From an uncultured bacterium (lineage in GTDB: Bacteria > Oederibacteriota > PGYV01 > CAWJRG01), in NCBI GenBank assembly GCA_963845185.1, contig CAWJRG010000001.1, positions 160,001 to 224,000 of the forward strand: a DNA stretch of 64,000 bases, read 5' to 3'. A program made the translations under genes and the position numbers. Below are positions 50,144-59,700 of this stretch, piece after piece. A model generated the notes under the pieces. The model did no database searches. It was not told the origin of the DNA and was given only the letters and a program-made list of their open reading frames with translations. Each line of letters begins with the position of its first letter. The stretch's first letter is position 1.

Positions 50144-53100
50144 TTATTTTAATATAACAATCGTATCTGTCTTGGACCTTGCCTTGATCCCGCCTTTTTC
50201 CCCAATTACCGCATAATAATACGTCCCTGAGCTAAGGCCGTTAAGCACTTTGCTATCGCATGTCAGAATGACTCCGCTTGCTGCTTGTTCCACATTCTGC
50301 CCGGTTCCCTCAAATGTCTCTTCCCTTATCAGCCTGTACGCTGCTGTATATATTTTCAGCGTTATGTTGTCTATATTACCCGGCGTAATATCCACCATAA
50401 TTTTTAACGGCACTATTGCCGGATTGACAGGGTTCGGATACGGCATTACATGGGCTATTACCGGTGTCCCTGCAGGCGCCGCTATAGTTGCCGTAGGTGT
50501 AATTATATAGGTGCATGTCAAGGTTAACATTTGCGTAAAGGTATACGTTGGTGTGAATGTCAGCGTTTTTGTACATGTCGGCGACATGGTAAATGTTGAT
50601 GTAGATGTAAACGTCAATGTCAATGTCAGAGTGGTCGTAGCAGAAAATGTGGATGTTGTTGTCAGAGTCTTCGATATTGCTGGAGAAACCGTCACGGTCG
50701 GCGGCGTCCCGGTTATAGTCGGCGTAGGGCTTCCGCACGCGCCGAATTCCTGGATTCTGTTATTACCCAAGTCTACAACGTACACATTCCCGTTGCTGTC
50801 CACTGCCACTCCTTGAGGAGAAGAAAATTGCCCATTGCCGCTTCCGCCGCTGCCCCATTGTGTGATATATGTCCCCGAACTGCTGAATTCTTCAATTCTG
50901 TTATTACCCGAGTCTGCAACATACACATTTCCGCTGCTGTCAACTGCCACTCCTTCAGGTTGGTTAAGCTGCCCGGGGCCACTCCCGGAACTCCCCCATT
51001 GCGTTAAATATGTTCCTGTGCTGCTGAATTCCTGGATTCTGTTATTAGCATAGTCTGCGACATACACGTTTCCGTTGCTGTCTAATGCCACTCCAGTAGG
51101 GCCATTAAACTGCCCGTTACCGGTTCCAAAACTCCCCCATTGCGTTATATATGAGTGTGTATAGGGGGTGAATTCCTGAATCCTGTTATTACCATTATCT
51201 ACTACATATACGTTTCCGCTGCTATCAACGGCTATCCCAATAGGCCCATTAAACAGCCCGAGGTAACTTCCGAAAGCACCCCATTGTGTTATATATCCCC
51301 CTGTACTGATGAATTCTTGTATCCTGTTATTTGTCAAATCTGAAACATTCACGTTTCCGCTGCTGTCTATTGCTATTCCAACAGGATCATTAAACTGCCC
51401 GAAGCCGGTCCCTGAAACACCCCATTGCATGATATATGCGCCCGAACTGCTGAATTCCTGGATCCTGTTATTACCGCTGTCCACGGCATATACGTTCCCA
51501 CTGCTGGATACTGCTACTCCATGAGGGTTATTAAACTGCCCGTTGCCGGTTCCGGCACTTCCCCAGCTGCGGATAAAACACGGCGGCGGTCCGGATACTA
51601 AAGTTGCAGTATAAGTCGGTGTAATCGTAAACGTGCCTGACGGTGTTATTGTAGCTGTAAACGTCAAGGTCAATGTTATTGTCGGGGTCTGCGTTATTGT
51701 CGGAGAAACCGTCACAGTCGGCGGCGTCCCGGTTATAGTCAAGGTAAATGTTGATGTAGGTGTAAACGTCAAGGCCAATGTCGGGGTTGGCGTCGCAGAT
51801 AATGTGAATGTTATTGTCAGGGTTGGCGTCGTAGATAATGACAATGTCCGCGTCGGCGATGCCGTTAAGAACCCTATGTTTACTGTTTGCGTTGGTGTAG
51901 CTGTAAAAGAAGGTGTATCTGTGCATGAAGGCGTCGGCGAAATGGTTAATAGCCCTATGTTTATTGTCTGCGTGGGCGAAACTGTGAATGACGGCGTAGG
52001 CGTATAGGTTGATGGCGGGCATGCGTCGGACAGGAGTACTGTAGCCACCACAGACGGCATTCCGTTAAAAGCAACAGACACGGCGTTGTGCCAGCTGCAT
52101 GTGTTGTTTGACGTGGCGTTCCCCAATTCCATCTGCCAGGTTAAGCATCCTGTAAATCCGCTACTGGCAGGTACTAATATGAGTTGTGCAGATCCAACAC
52201 CATATGATTTCCAATAAGAAGATATCCCGGATCCCATGAGGGGGGAATCCGCGAACTGCCACTGGTCCGCCAGTCCACTTGACCAGTCGTCATATACTGT
52301 AATATCCTGTCCCGGGGAGCCGCCGGTGTTGCAAATCACCACAGTAAAAGTAAGCTGGTCCGATAAAACAATGTTATTGGTCTTGTTTGATGTCTTTTGT
52401 ACGCTGAAAGTGGGTTGAAGCGACGGCGTCGGCGACGTCGTTAAAAACACTATATTTGTTGTGGGCGACGGAGTGAATGTGCTGGTGGGAGTAGACGTCA
52501 CGGTAAATGTACTGGTCGGCGTCGCAAATGATGTCAATGTTATTGTCGGAGTCTGCGTTATTGTTGGAGAAAACGTCAAAGTCGGCGGCGTCCCGGTTAC
52601 TGTCACGGTAAGTGTCGGCGTATTTGTGCTTGTCGGCGATGCTGAATAAGTGGGCGATATGGTATAAGTCGGTGTAGAGGATACCACCATGGTCTGCGTA
52701 GGGCTTCCGCACGCGCCGAAATCCTGGATTGTATTGATATCATAGTCCGCAACATACACATTTCCTGAGCTGTCTACTGCTATCCCCTGCGGACTCACAA
52801 ACTGCCCGTTGCCAGTTCCAAAACTACCCCATTGTGTTATATATGTGCCGGTGCTGCTGAATACCTGAATTCTGCTGTTATCCATGTCTGTAACATATAC
52901 ATCTCCGCTGCTGTCTAATGCTATCCCTACAGGGGTATCAAACTGCCCGTTGCCAGTTCCTGGATTATTATATGAACTGCCCCATTGGGTTATGTATGTG
53001 CCTGTATTGCTGAATTCCTGGATCCTGTTGTTATTTGAATCCGCAACATACACCCCGTTGCCGTCTGCCGCCACTCCATTAGGGTTATTAAACTGCCCGG

Positions 53101-53692
53101 TGCCGCTTCCGGAAGTCCCCCATTGCATTATATATATTCCTGTACTGCTGAATTTTTGGATCCTGAAATTACTTTGGTCCGCAACATATACGTTGCCGCT
53201 GCTGTCCACAGCTATTCCAATAGGACCAATAAACTGCCCGTTGCCGCTTCCTTTACTGCCCCATTGCGTGATATATGTTCCGTTACTGCTGAATACCTGG
53301 ATTCTTTCATTATTATTGTCCGCGACATACACGTTTCCGCTGCTGTCTAATGCCAATACCTGGGGATAATTAAATTGCCCGTTGCCGGTTCCCGGACTGC
53401 CCCATTGTGTTATATACGCTCCTGTATCACTGAATTCCTGTATCCTGTTATTCTGCGTGTCCGCAACATACACGTTTCTGCTGCTGTTAACTGCTACTCC
53501 TATAGGGCCGATAAACTGGCTATTGCCGTTTCCATTACTGCCCCATTGCGTAATATAACAAGGTGGTAAATCTGCCAGGGCACGGGAATTTATTACGAAG
53601 AAAACAAATAAAAGAAACAGGAAATATTTTATTGATTTTGTCCAGCTTCTCTGTTTCTGTACTCCAGAAAAACTTTTTATCCGCATTTTCAT
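50144..53692 (-). CDS. Secreted protein with two NHL beta-propellers, a Cys-containing Ig-like module, Thr-rich linkers and a CTD-like tail
   Basis: Two blocks of about six NHL repeats; tail PYPNP..LKIYT..LSSGTYYY..IVILK. Confidence 0.9.
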   Translation of the reverse strand: MKMRIKSFSGVQKQRSWTKSIKYFLFLLFVFFVINSRALADLPPCYITQWGSNGNGNSQFIGPIGVAVNSSRNVYVADTQNNRIQEFSDTGAYITQWGSPGTGNGQFNYPQVLALDSSGNVYVADNNNERIQVFSSNGTYITQWGSKGSGNGQFIGPIGIAVDSSGNVYVADQSNFRIQKFSSTGIYIMQWGTSGSGTGQFNNPNGVAADGNGVYVADSNNNRIQEFSNTGTYITQWGSSYNNPGTGNGQFDTPVGIALDSSGDVYVTDMDNSRIQVFSSTGTYITQWGSFGTGNGQFVSPQGIAVDSSGNVYVADYDINTIQDFGACGSPTQTMVVSSTPTYTISPTYSASPTSTNTPTLTVTVTGTPPTLTFSPTITQTPTITLTSFATPTSTFTVTSTPTSTFTPSPTTNIVFLTTSPTPSLQPTFSVQKTSNKTNNIVLSDQLTFTVVICNTGGSPGQDITVYDDWSSGLADQWQFADSPLMGSGISSYWKSYGVGSAQLILVPASSGFTGCLTWQMELGNATSNNTCSWHNAVSVAFNGMPSVVATVLLSDACPPSTYTPTPSFTVSPTQTINIGLLTISPTPSCTDTPSFTATPTQTVNIGFLTASPTRTLSLSTTPTLTITFTLSATPTPTLALTFTPTSTFTLTITGTPPTVTVSPTITQTPTITLTLTFTATITPSGTFTITPTYTATLVSGPPPCFIRSWGSAGTGNGQFNNPHGVAVSSSGNVYAVDSGNNRIQEFSSSGAYIMQWGVSGTGFGQFNDPVGIAIDSSGNVNVSDLTNNRIQEFISTGGYITQWGAFGSYLGLFNGPIGIAVDSSGNVYVVDNGNNRIQEFTPYTHSYITQWGSFGTGNGQFNGPTGVALDSNGNVYVADYANNRIQEFSSTGTYLTQWGSSGSGPGQLNQPEGVAVDSSGNVYVADSGNNRIEEFSSSGTYITQWGSGGSGNGQFSSPQGVAVDSNGNVYVVDLGNNRIQEFGACGSPTPTITGTPPTVTVSPAISKTLTTTSTFSATTTLTLTLTFTSTSTFTMSPTCTKTLTFTPTYTFTQMLTLTCTYIITPTATIAAPAGTPVIAHVMPYPNPVNPAIVPLKIMVDITPGNIDNITLKIYTAAYRLIREETFEGTGQNVEQAASGVILTCDSKVLNGLSSGTYYYAVIGEKGGIKARSKTDTIVILK

Positions 53693-53789
53693 CCCTCAAT
53701 TAAAGCAATTGTCAACCTTGAACCGCTCATTATCACTCGGGTACAGGGTAAAAATTCTCAATTCCCAATTTTCAATTAAAATCAATTAC

Positions 53790-54050
53790 TTATTTTAGCG
53801 GCTCGATTTTGTCAAGCTTTTCATACGCGATTGCTTTCTGCCAGTCATTTTTAAGTTCTTTTTTATATTTATTTGCCCATTCAATTACAAGGCCGATTGC
53901 TCTTGGCGGGAGGTCTCCTGATAATATTGCCGGGGAATCTATGGAAAATATAGCTTCAAACTCCCCGTAAACGGCGTGAAAATGCGCGGGCTGGTGTTCA
54001 CGGTAGTAGATATAGATTACAATGCCGAAGAAACGGCATATTTCCGGCAT
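53790..54050 (-). CDS. DUF4160 family protein (putative TA component)
   Basis: MPEICRFFGIVIYIY..EH.PAHFHA.YG...IEPL pattern. Confidence 0.9.
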   Translation of the reverse strand: MPEICRFFGIVIYIYYREHQPAHFHAVYGEFEAIFSIDSPAILSGDLPPRAIGLVIEWANKYKKELKNDWQKAIAYEKLDKIEPLK

Positions 54051-54056
54051 GCGGTG

Positions 54057-54332
54057 TTATACCCCTGCGCCGGATTTCAGGACTGAGTCAACGCTTTTTC
54101 CCGTGATTTCCGCATAAAGTACGTCCGGGCACAGGTCAATTCCGCCCGGCCAGGAAACTGTATTGCTTTCTTTGTCTATAGTTACAGCGTTAAAGACCTT
54201 TTCATCGTTCCATGCGGAAAAAACGCCTTTGCCCTTCATATCGGACAAATCAACAACACCTTCAACATTGTCCGTAAATTTAATTTTAATTTTATACCCT
54301 TTGACCGGTGAAACGCTTTTAATTTTATACAT
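54057..54332 (-). CDS. DUF2442 family protein (putative TA component)
   Basis: V.PVKGYKI...F.D...G.VDL...WPGGIDLCPD.LY pattern; GGAGG RBS. Confidence 0.9.
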   Translation of the reverse strand: MYKIKSVSPVKGYKIKIKFTDNVEGVVDLSDMKGKGVFSAWNDEKVFNAVTIDKESNTVSWPGGIDLCPDVLYAEITGKSVDSVLKSGAGV

Positions 54333-54366
54333 GCTAACAGCCTCCTAACACAAAGTTCTTTTTGCC

Positions 54367-54417
54367 GAATGTATCAGAATGTATCAATATTATACAGCCT
54401 ATAATTGCCCTCGTCAA
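54367..54417 (-). promoter_or_regulatory. Sigma70 promoter of the DUF2442/DUF4160 module with a 10-bp tandem repeat near the start site
   Basis: TTGACG-N17-TATAAT on the minus strand; gaatgtatca twice at 54367-54386. Confidence 0.65.
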
Positions 54418-54574
54418 GCTTGTGGGAAACCATAAAATTCCCAATTTTCAATTAAAATCGAACCATATATATTATATCATATTTTTCGCTGTTTGGCGGT
54501 AATTTTGCGGCATGTCCCATAAATCCCCATGTGCCTGGAAGTTTAATTTTTATGGAATACGGCAAATCCCCCCT

Positions 54575-54672
54575 AAGATAGCGTTTATTTTGTAAAGCCG
54601 AAGGCGACAACAAAATATTACGCTATCTTGTACCCGCTCCAGTCCGAGGCTTTAGCCGAGGACAAGTGGTAT
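54575..54672. repeat. Two-hairpin structured repeat, copy 4
   Basis: aagatagcgt..gccgaaggc..acgctatctt followed by tacccgctccagtccgaggc-ttta-gccgaggacaagtggta. Confidence 0.85.
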
Positions 54673-54798
54673 CCCCTATTAAAACAAAAGACGGGCGTGG
54701 AAACCCGTCTCTACGATTGCAAACCTCCCTGCCCTCCTTGTTAAGGAGGGAAAAAACCTAAATCCCATGTGTCAAGAAGCAACAACACAACATTTTAT

Positions 54799-54828
54799 CG
54801 TAGAGACGTTTTACAAAACGTCTCTACG
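54799..54828. repeat. GTAG-type REP palindrome (degenerate copy at 54689-54714; IS-split copy at 31805/33450)
   Basis: cgtagagacgtttt-ac-aaaacgtctctacg. Confidence 0.8.
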
Positions 54829-54913
54829 TTTAATTTTTTGGATAAGGCAAATCCCCCTTTGTCCCCCTTTATTAAAGGGGGAATAAAATACGGCCCTGAT
54901 TAAAAACAACCGG

Positions 54914-55246
54914 TCAGGCGCCTACAGATATTCCTTCTTCCATGGCATATCCCACTATCAGTGACTTGCCCGATTTATATTCTTCCGGTGTTTTCATAAT
55001 TATGTCGAAAGGCACCGCAAATTTTTTTATCGTTTCCATCTCCGCAAACCCGACCATTTCAGCCCTTTTAAAAATATCCTTGCCCCTGAAAGATTTTGAA
55101 ATGATTATCAGGTCAATATCGCTGTCTTTTTTCGCGTCGCCCCTGGCGCGGGAGCCAAACAGTATTATATCGGACACCTCTACCCCTCTCTCAGCAAGCC
55201 TGTCCGACAGGTATTTTACAATCTTTTTTATTTTGCTTTTAACCAT
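54914..55246 (-). CDS. Minimal nucleotidyltransferase (MNT)
   Basis: ILFGSRARG....SDIDLIII motif. Confidence 0.92.
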   Translation of the reverse strand: MVKSKIKKIVKYLSDRLAERGVEVSDIILFGSRARGDAKKDSDIDLIIISKSFRGKDIFKRAEMVGFAEMETIKKFAVPFDIIMKTPEEYKSGKSLIVGYAMEEGISVGA

Positions 55247-55617
55247 TTTAATATCCTCTTTGTATTCGCCAGTATCCTGCCTGCATTTGCTTTGCTGAAC
55301 TCTTTTAACATTCCCTTTAAGTCTTCGGGATACCTTGCCGGTATGCTTGCTTCATTAAGCTTCATTATAATTGTATTTTGTTCTTCATCCGCTTTAATAT
55401 CAAGCGCATTTAGAAAATATAATAAGTTGTGCGTTTTAGGCGGGTTCTTTTTAAACTGCCTGACAAATAATCCCTTAAGGGCTTTTTCAATACAAAGATG
55501 GCACAGGAAAACCGAGTATATATACCGCCCGCCTGCAAACATAACAGCAGCGGACTTTATGTCATATTCTGCCTGTTCAAACCACTCTTTACCGCTTTTT
55601 ATGCTTTTGCCGTTCAT
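55228..55617 (-). CDS. HEPN domain protein
   Basis: W.EQAEYD..A, EKALK, PPKTHNL, ARYP motifs; overlaps the MNT start. Confidence 0.92.
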   Translation of the reverse strand: MNGKSIKSGKEWFEQAEYDIKSAAVMFAGGRYIYSVFLCHLCIEKALKGLFVRQFKKNPPKTHNLLYFLNALDIKADEEQNTIIMKLNEASIPARYPEDLKGMLKEFSKANAGRILANTKRILKWLKAK

Positions 55618-55827
55618 TTAACCCTCATATTTTATCAAGGCTGTTTGGTATTTGTATTATATCCCATAAAATCCGGCTGTCAAAGGATATTAATCTCTTC
55701 CATAAAGATACCTGTGGACTTATCAGCTGCTCTAAATCCCCCTTTGTCCCCCTTTATTAAAGGGGGCTAAAGATGGCAGTCAAGCCTGCCGCTACATTCC
55801 ACGTATCCCGCTTCCCGTTTCCCTGTT

Positions 55828-56646
55828 CTATTCCTTCCCTACCAGCGACCAGACCGGCATATATAAAAGCCTGCAGGTTAATTTTACCTGGTCCTGGTAC
55901 CCAAAAAGCACAAGCTCGAGTTTTGTGTTGCCTATGCCCCAAAACACATAAATGTTCTGCGTGGCGCCCCTGATGATATCCGGGCGTTTCATCAACGGCT
56001 CTTTTTCCACGTCGTTTTTTTCAAAAGCCGGCTGTCCGTATAATATTTTAAGTGCCTTATACAATCCGACGAACCTTGCGTAAAGTATTATTTCCGAGTT
56101 TGGCTGCTCTATTGCCTGGCTCTTGGTCTTTTCCGTGTCGCTGAACTCAAATTTAATCCCGTATAATTTGTCCCCGTAAATCCCCAGGCTCATAAAGTTT
56201 GCGTGCGCTATAAATGTTTTAAGCTGCTCCTGCCCCACAAAAAGCGAAGATACAAAATCCGGGTCTTTCGCGTCTTTCCCGAAAGGATACAGCTTTTTCA
56301 GGTCGCTTGCTTTCATGTCCCACGACAATCCTTCTATTATATTTTTGTCCTTCGCGTTCAGGCCCGAGAAAGCCTGCTCGTCCTGGCTCAAGTATTTCTC
56401 GGAATAGTCTTTATAGACTTCCAGTTTCCTGCCCGAATCTATCTGCTTGAACACGAAATATCCCACTATTGCTATGACAGCGGCAACCCCAAAAACCGGC
56501 ATCCAGAAAGATTTGACTGTCGATACATGCGCTGTTCTGGTTTTTATTTCTTTTTCCCCTTTTTTTTGCGGAAGAGGCACTCCGCAACTCGAGCAAAATC
56601 TTGCTTCATCCCTGTTCTCTGTGCCGCACGCTTTGCATATGACCAT
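55828..56646 (-). CDS. Zinc-ribbon single-pass membrane protein
   Basis: CKACG.EN...ARFCSSCG followed by a TM helix. Confidence 0.85.
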   Translation of the reverse strand: MVICKACGTENRDEARFCSSCGVPLPQKKGEKEIKTRTAHVSTVKSFWMPVFGVAAVIAIVGYFVFKQIDSGRKLEVYKDYSEKYLSQDEQAFSGLNAKDKNIIEGLSWDMKASDLKKLYPFGKDAKDPDFVSSLFVGQEQLKTFIAHANFMSLGIYGDKLYGIKFEFSDTEKTKSQAIEQPNSEIILYARFVGLYKALKILYGQPAFEKNDVEKEPLMKRPDIIRGATQNIYVFWGIGNTKLELVLFGYQDQVKLTCRLLYMPVWSLVGKE

Positions 56647-56736
56647 GATGCTTAAATCCTCCTTAAAAAGTTTCTGGTTTCAAGTTTCCAGTTTCAACAA
56701 CCTTCACTTCCCACTTATCACTTACCACAATAGAAT

Positions 56737-59700
56737 TTATGATACCTGCCTGTCTTTTTTTATCTTCCTTATCGCATATTTATTTATTTTACCCGACTCG
56801 TCGCCTTTTGACAATACCTGGTAAAGGTAAATCCCGTTTTCAATGCCGGCCGTATCCCAGTAAGAGCTGTTGTATATGTTGCCTTTTTTTCTTTCTTCTA
56901 TTGTTTCAAGCGTCTTGCCTGCTTCATTGTAAATCTTGATGGTGACAAGCCCGTCTTCCGGTACATAGTAATTAAACATTATTTTATCCGTTGCGGACTC
57001 GTAAAGGGCGAATATTTCACTCGATACGTTCAGTATGGTCTCGGGCTCGTCCTCCTTTAAATGTATGTCGTATATCATCTGCGGCGGCAGGTTCTTGGCG
57101 CTGACTTTTATTTTCACCTTGCCGACAGGCAGGTTGTCTATCTCATAATTGCCGTCCTTGTCCGATATGGACACGCCCAGCGTGGTGCCGTCCTCCTTCA
57201 TTATCTCCACCGTCGCGCTCGCGAGCGGCATGATGCCGTTTGCCTGCGTTATCATTCCCTTTACCTTGACTTTTGATTTTATTTTTACCATGTAATGCGT
57301 CGCGGTCTTGCCGAGCATGCCTTCCTTGTCTACAGATACTATATGGAAATAATATATCCCGTCGTTGAGGTTCGTGAACGCCGTGTTTGTGTCCATGGTC
57401 TTGTTGTTTTTCGAGTTCGGGACGGTAAATTCCGAATTATCCAGGGCGTAATAAAAGCCTATTATTTCGTTTACGTATTCCCTTTGCTTCCACTGTAGCT
57501 TGACCGTGTTTTCCCTGTACCATTTGTCCTCGTCCGGATGCGTGGATGAGAAAACCACCGGCGGCGGCGGTGTCATGGCCACATTCACCTGGAAATGCGC
57601 TGCCTCGGCCGATATGTTCCCGGCGTTGTCTTTCGCGGTCACGTGCAGGAACCACATGCCGTCTGGCACGTCCACAAAAGACGCCATCGTGCCTTTTGTC
57701 CAGCTCGCCGTGACAAGGTCCGGATATGTGTCTTTAATCTGGTTATAAATATAATAAAACCCTTCTATACCCGCAGGGTCAGGCGGCGTGGTCCATGAGA
57801 ACGAAGGCGAGTTGTTGTTGTACCATTGGTTGAAATCCGGGTGTGTTATGGACGCCACAACCGGCGGTTTCGGCAGGCTTGTGTCTATATTTACCTGGTA
57901 ATGCGTGGCTTCCTCGGATATGTTCCCGGCCTCGTCCTTGGATATTATATGGAAATACCACGTGCCGTCCGACACGTTGTTGAAATCCATCTCGTTATCC
58001 ACTATCCACGTGCCTATTTTGGAATCAGGCACCGTTGTGGGTATCTGGTCGAATACAAAGTAATAGCCCAATATCTTTGTCGCGTCAAGGGGCGTATCCC
58101 ATGACAGCTTTATGCTCCTGTTGTTGTACCATTCGTTCTGCATTGGGTGCGTGATGGAACGCGCGACCGGCGACATGGCTATCCTGTCGCATATGGCAAG
58201 CACCTGCTTGTTTCCGCTCTCCCTCTCGTTTCCCGTATTGTCCACTGCCCTCACTGTGTAATAATAAATCACCCCGTCTTCCAGGTCCTGGGATTCGTCG
58301 ATGAATCTCGGCTCTATAACCGCCCCGTCGTCGTTAATCTGCATGCCGAGCTGGCCCGAAACAGACGAACGGTAAATCCTGTAATATGCCAGGCCGCTGA
58401 TAGTGTCCACGGACTTAGCCCACTCGATAAGTATCTTTCCTTCCTTTACCGGCTTGGCAACTACCTGCGTAACCTGCGAAGGAGGGGAAATATCTATAGT
58501 TGTATGGATTTTTTCATCCTCCAGGTAATCCGACAAATTACCCGCGTTATCCCTTGCCTTTATCCTGAAATAATATGTAATGCCGTCCTCTCCCCTGAAA
58601 GTGGCTGCTGTTGTCTTGACTTCATTGACCCACGGTTTCCATTTGCCCTTGTCGCCTTCCTTGTAATCCAGCGTAAAGCAATTGACCCCCGACTCCTTGT
58701 CCTCGCCCCACCACTCCACCTCAAAACTCTCTGAAGCCTGGAATTTTTTCGGCTCTATTATATGCACCTCGGGCGGCTTTGTTTCTATCTTAAAGCTGCA
58801 GCACGAGGCCGTGGTGCCTATGTTTCCCGCAATGTCTTTTGTGACTATATGGAAATACCACTGTCCGTCCTCGAGGCTCTCGGTTATGGTAATTGTGCTG
58901 TCCTTTGTCCATTTGCCTGTTTTCTTGTCGGGAATGCTTTCCTGGTTCTTGTCAACGGCATAATAAAAACCGTCTATCCCCGACAAATCATCCACGTGCT
59001 CGACTATGAATATCGGCCTTGTATTTGCGTAATACTTGTCCGGGTTCTGGTGCGTGGATGACATAATATCCGGGGGGGTTGCCTTCAAATCCACGTTTAT
59101 CCTGAATATTGCCGGCTCTTCGCCTATGTTGCCCGCGTTATCCTCGCCCACCAGGTGGAAATAATACGTGCCTTCTTCCTCCACTTTGAATTCAATTTCC
59201 CTTTTGTCGGTGTTCACTGCCGTTTCGTGCGGTATCTTCAAAAGCTTTTCCTTTGAAAAAATATAGTAAAAACTCTTTATCTTGGACAGGTCCTGCGGTA
59301 CCGCCCATGAAAGCTTTATAACAGGGGAGTTGTACCACTTGCTCTCGTCCGGATGCGTGTTTGAAATTATTTTCGGCGCTTCCACATGGGTGTCTATCTT
59401 GAACTTGTAATGCGCCGCTTCCCAGCCGGTATTACCCCCGTTATCTTTTGATACGATATGGAAATACCACGTGCCGTCGGTAAGCTGCGGCAAAGTCACC
59501 TGGTTCGCTATGGTAAACGCCGCCGTGTCCTTGTTCGGCACGGTATTTGTCTTGTTGTCGAAAACATAATAATACCCCTCTATGCCGGACATGTCCTCGG
59601 GCGTATCCCATGAATATCTGAGGGAGCTGGTTGCTGTACCATGCTTCCTGGTCCGGATGCGTTTTGGAATGTACAAACGGCGGTTTTGCTGCCGTGTCAA

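Larger units (their letters stand above)
54849..55766. repeat. Identical 33-bp direct repeats (54849-54881 and 55734-55766) bracketing the HEPN-MNT module
   Basis: aaatccccctttgtccccctttattaaaggggg at both positions. Confidence 0.9.

Noticed and set aside
48477..53784. Diversity-generating retroelement TR/VR pair
   Set aside because: No reverse transcriptase is in the window, the duplicated segment is a 5' leader rather than a C-terminal variable region, and the few differences are not adenine-specific.
53760..55766. Integron cassette array
   Set aside because: No integrase is present, and the flanking repeats lack the RYYYAAC...GTTRRRY attC ends.
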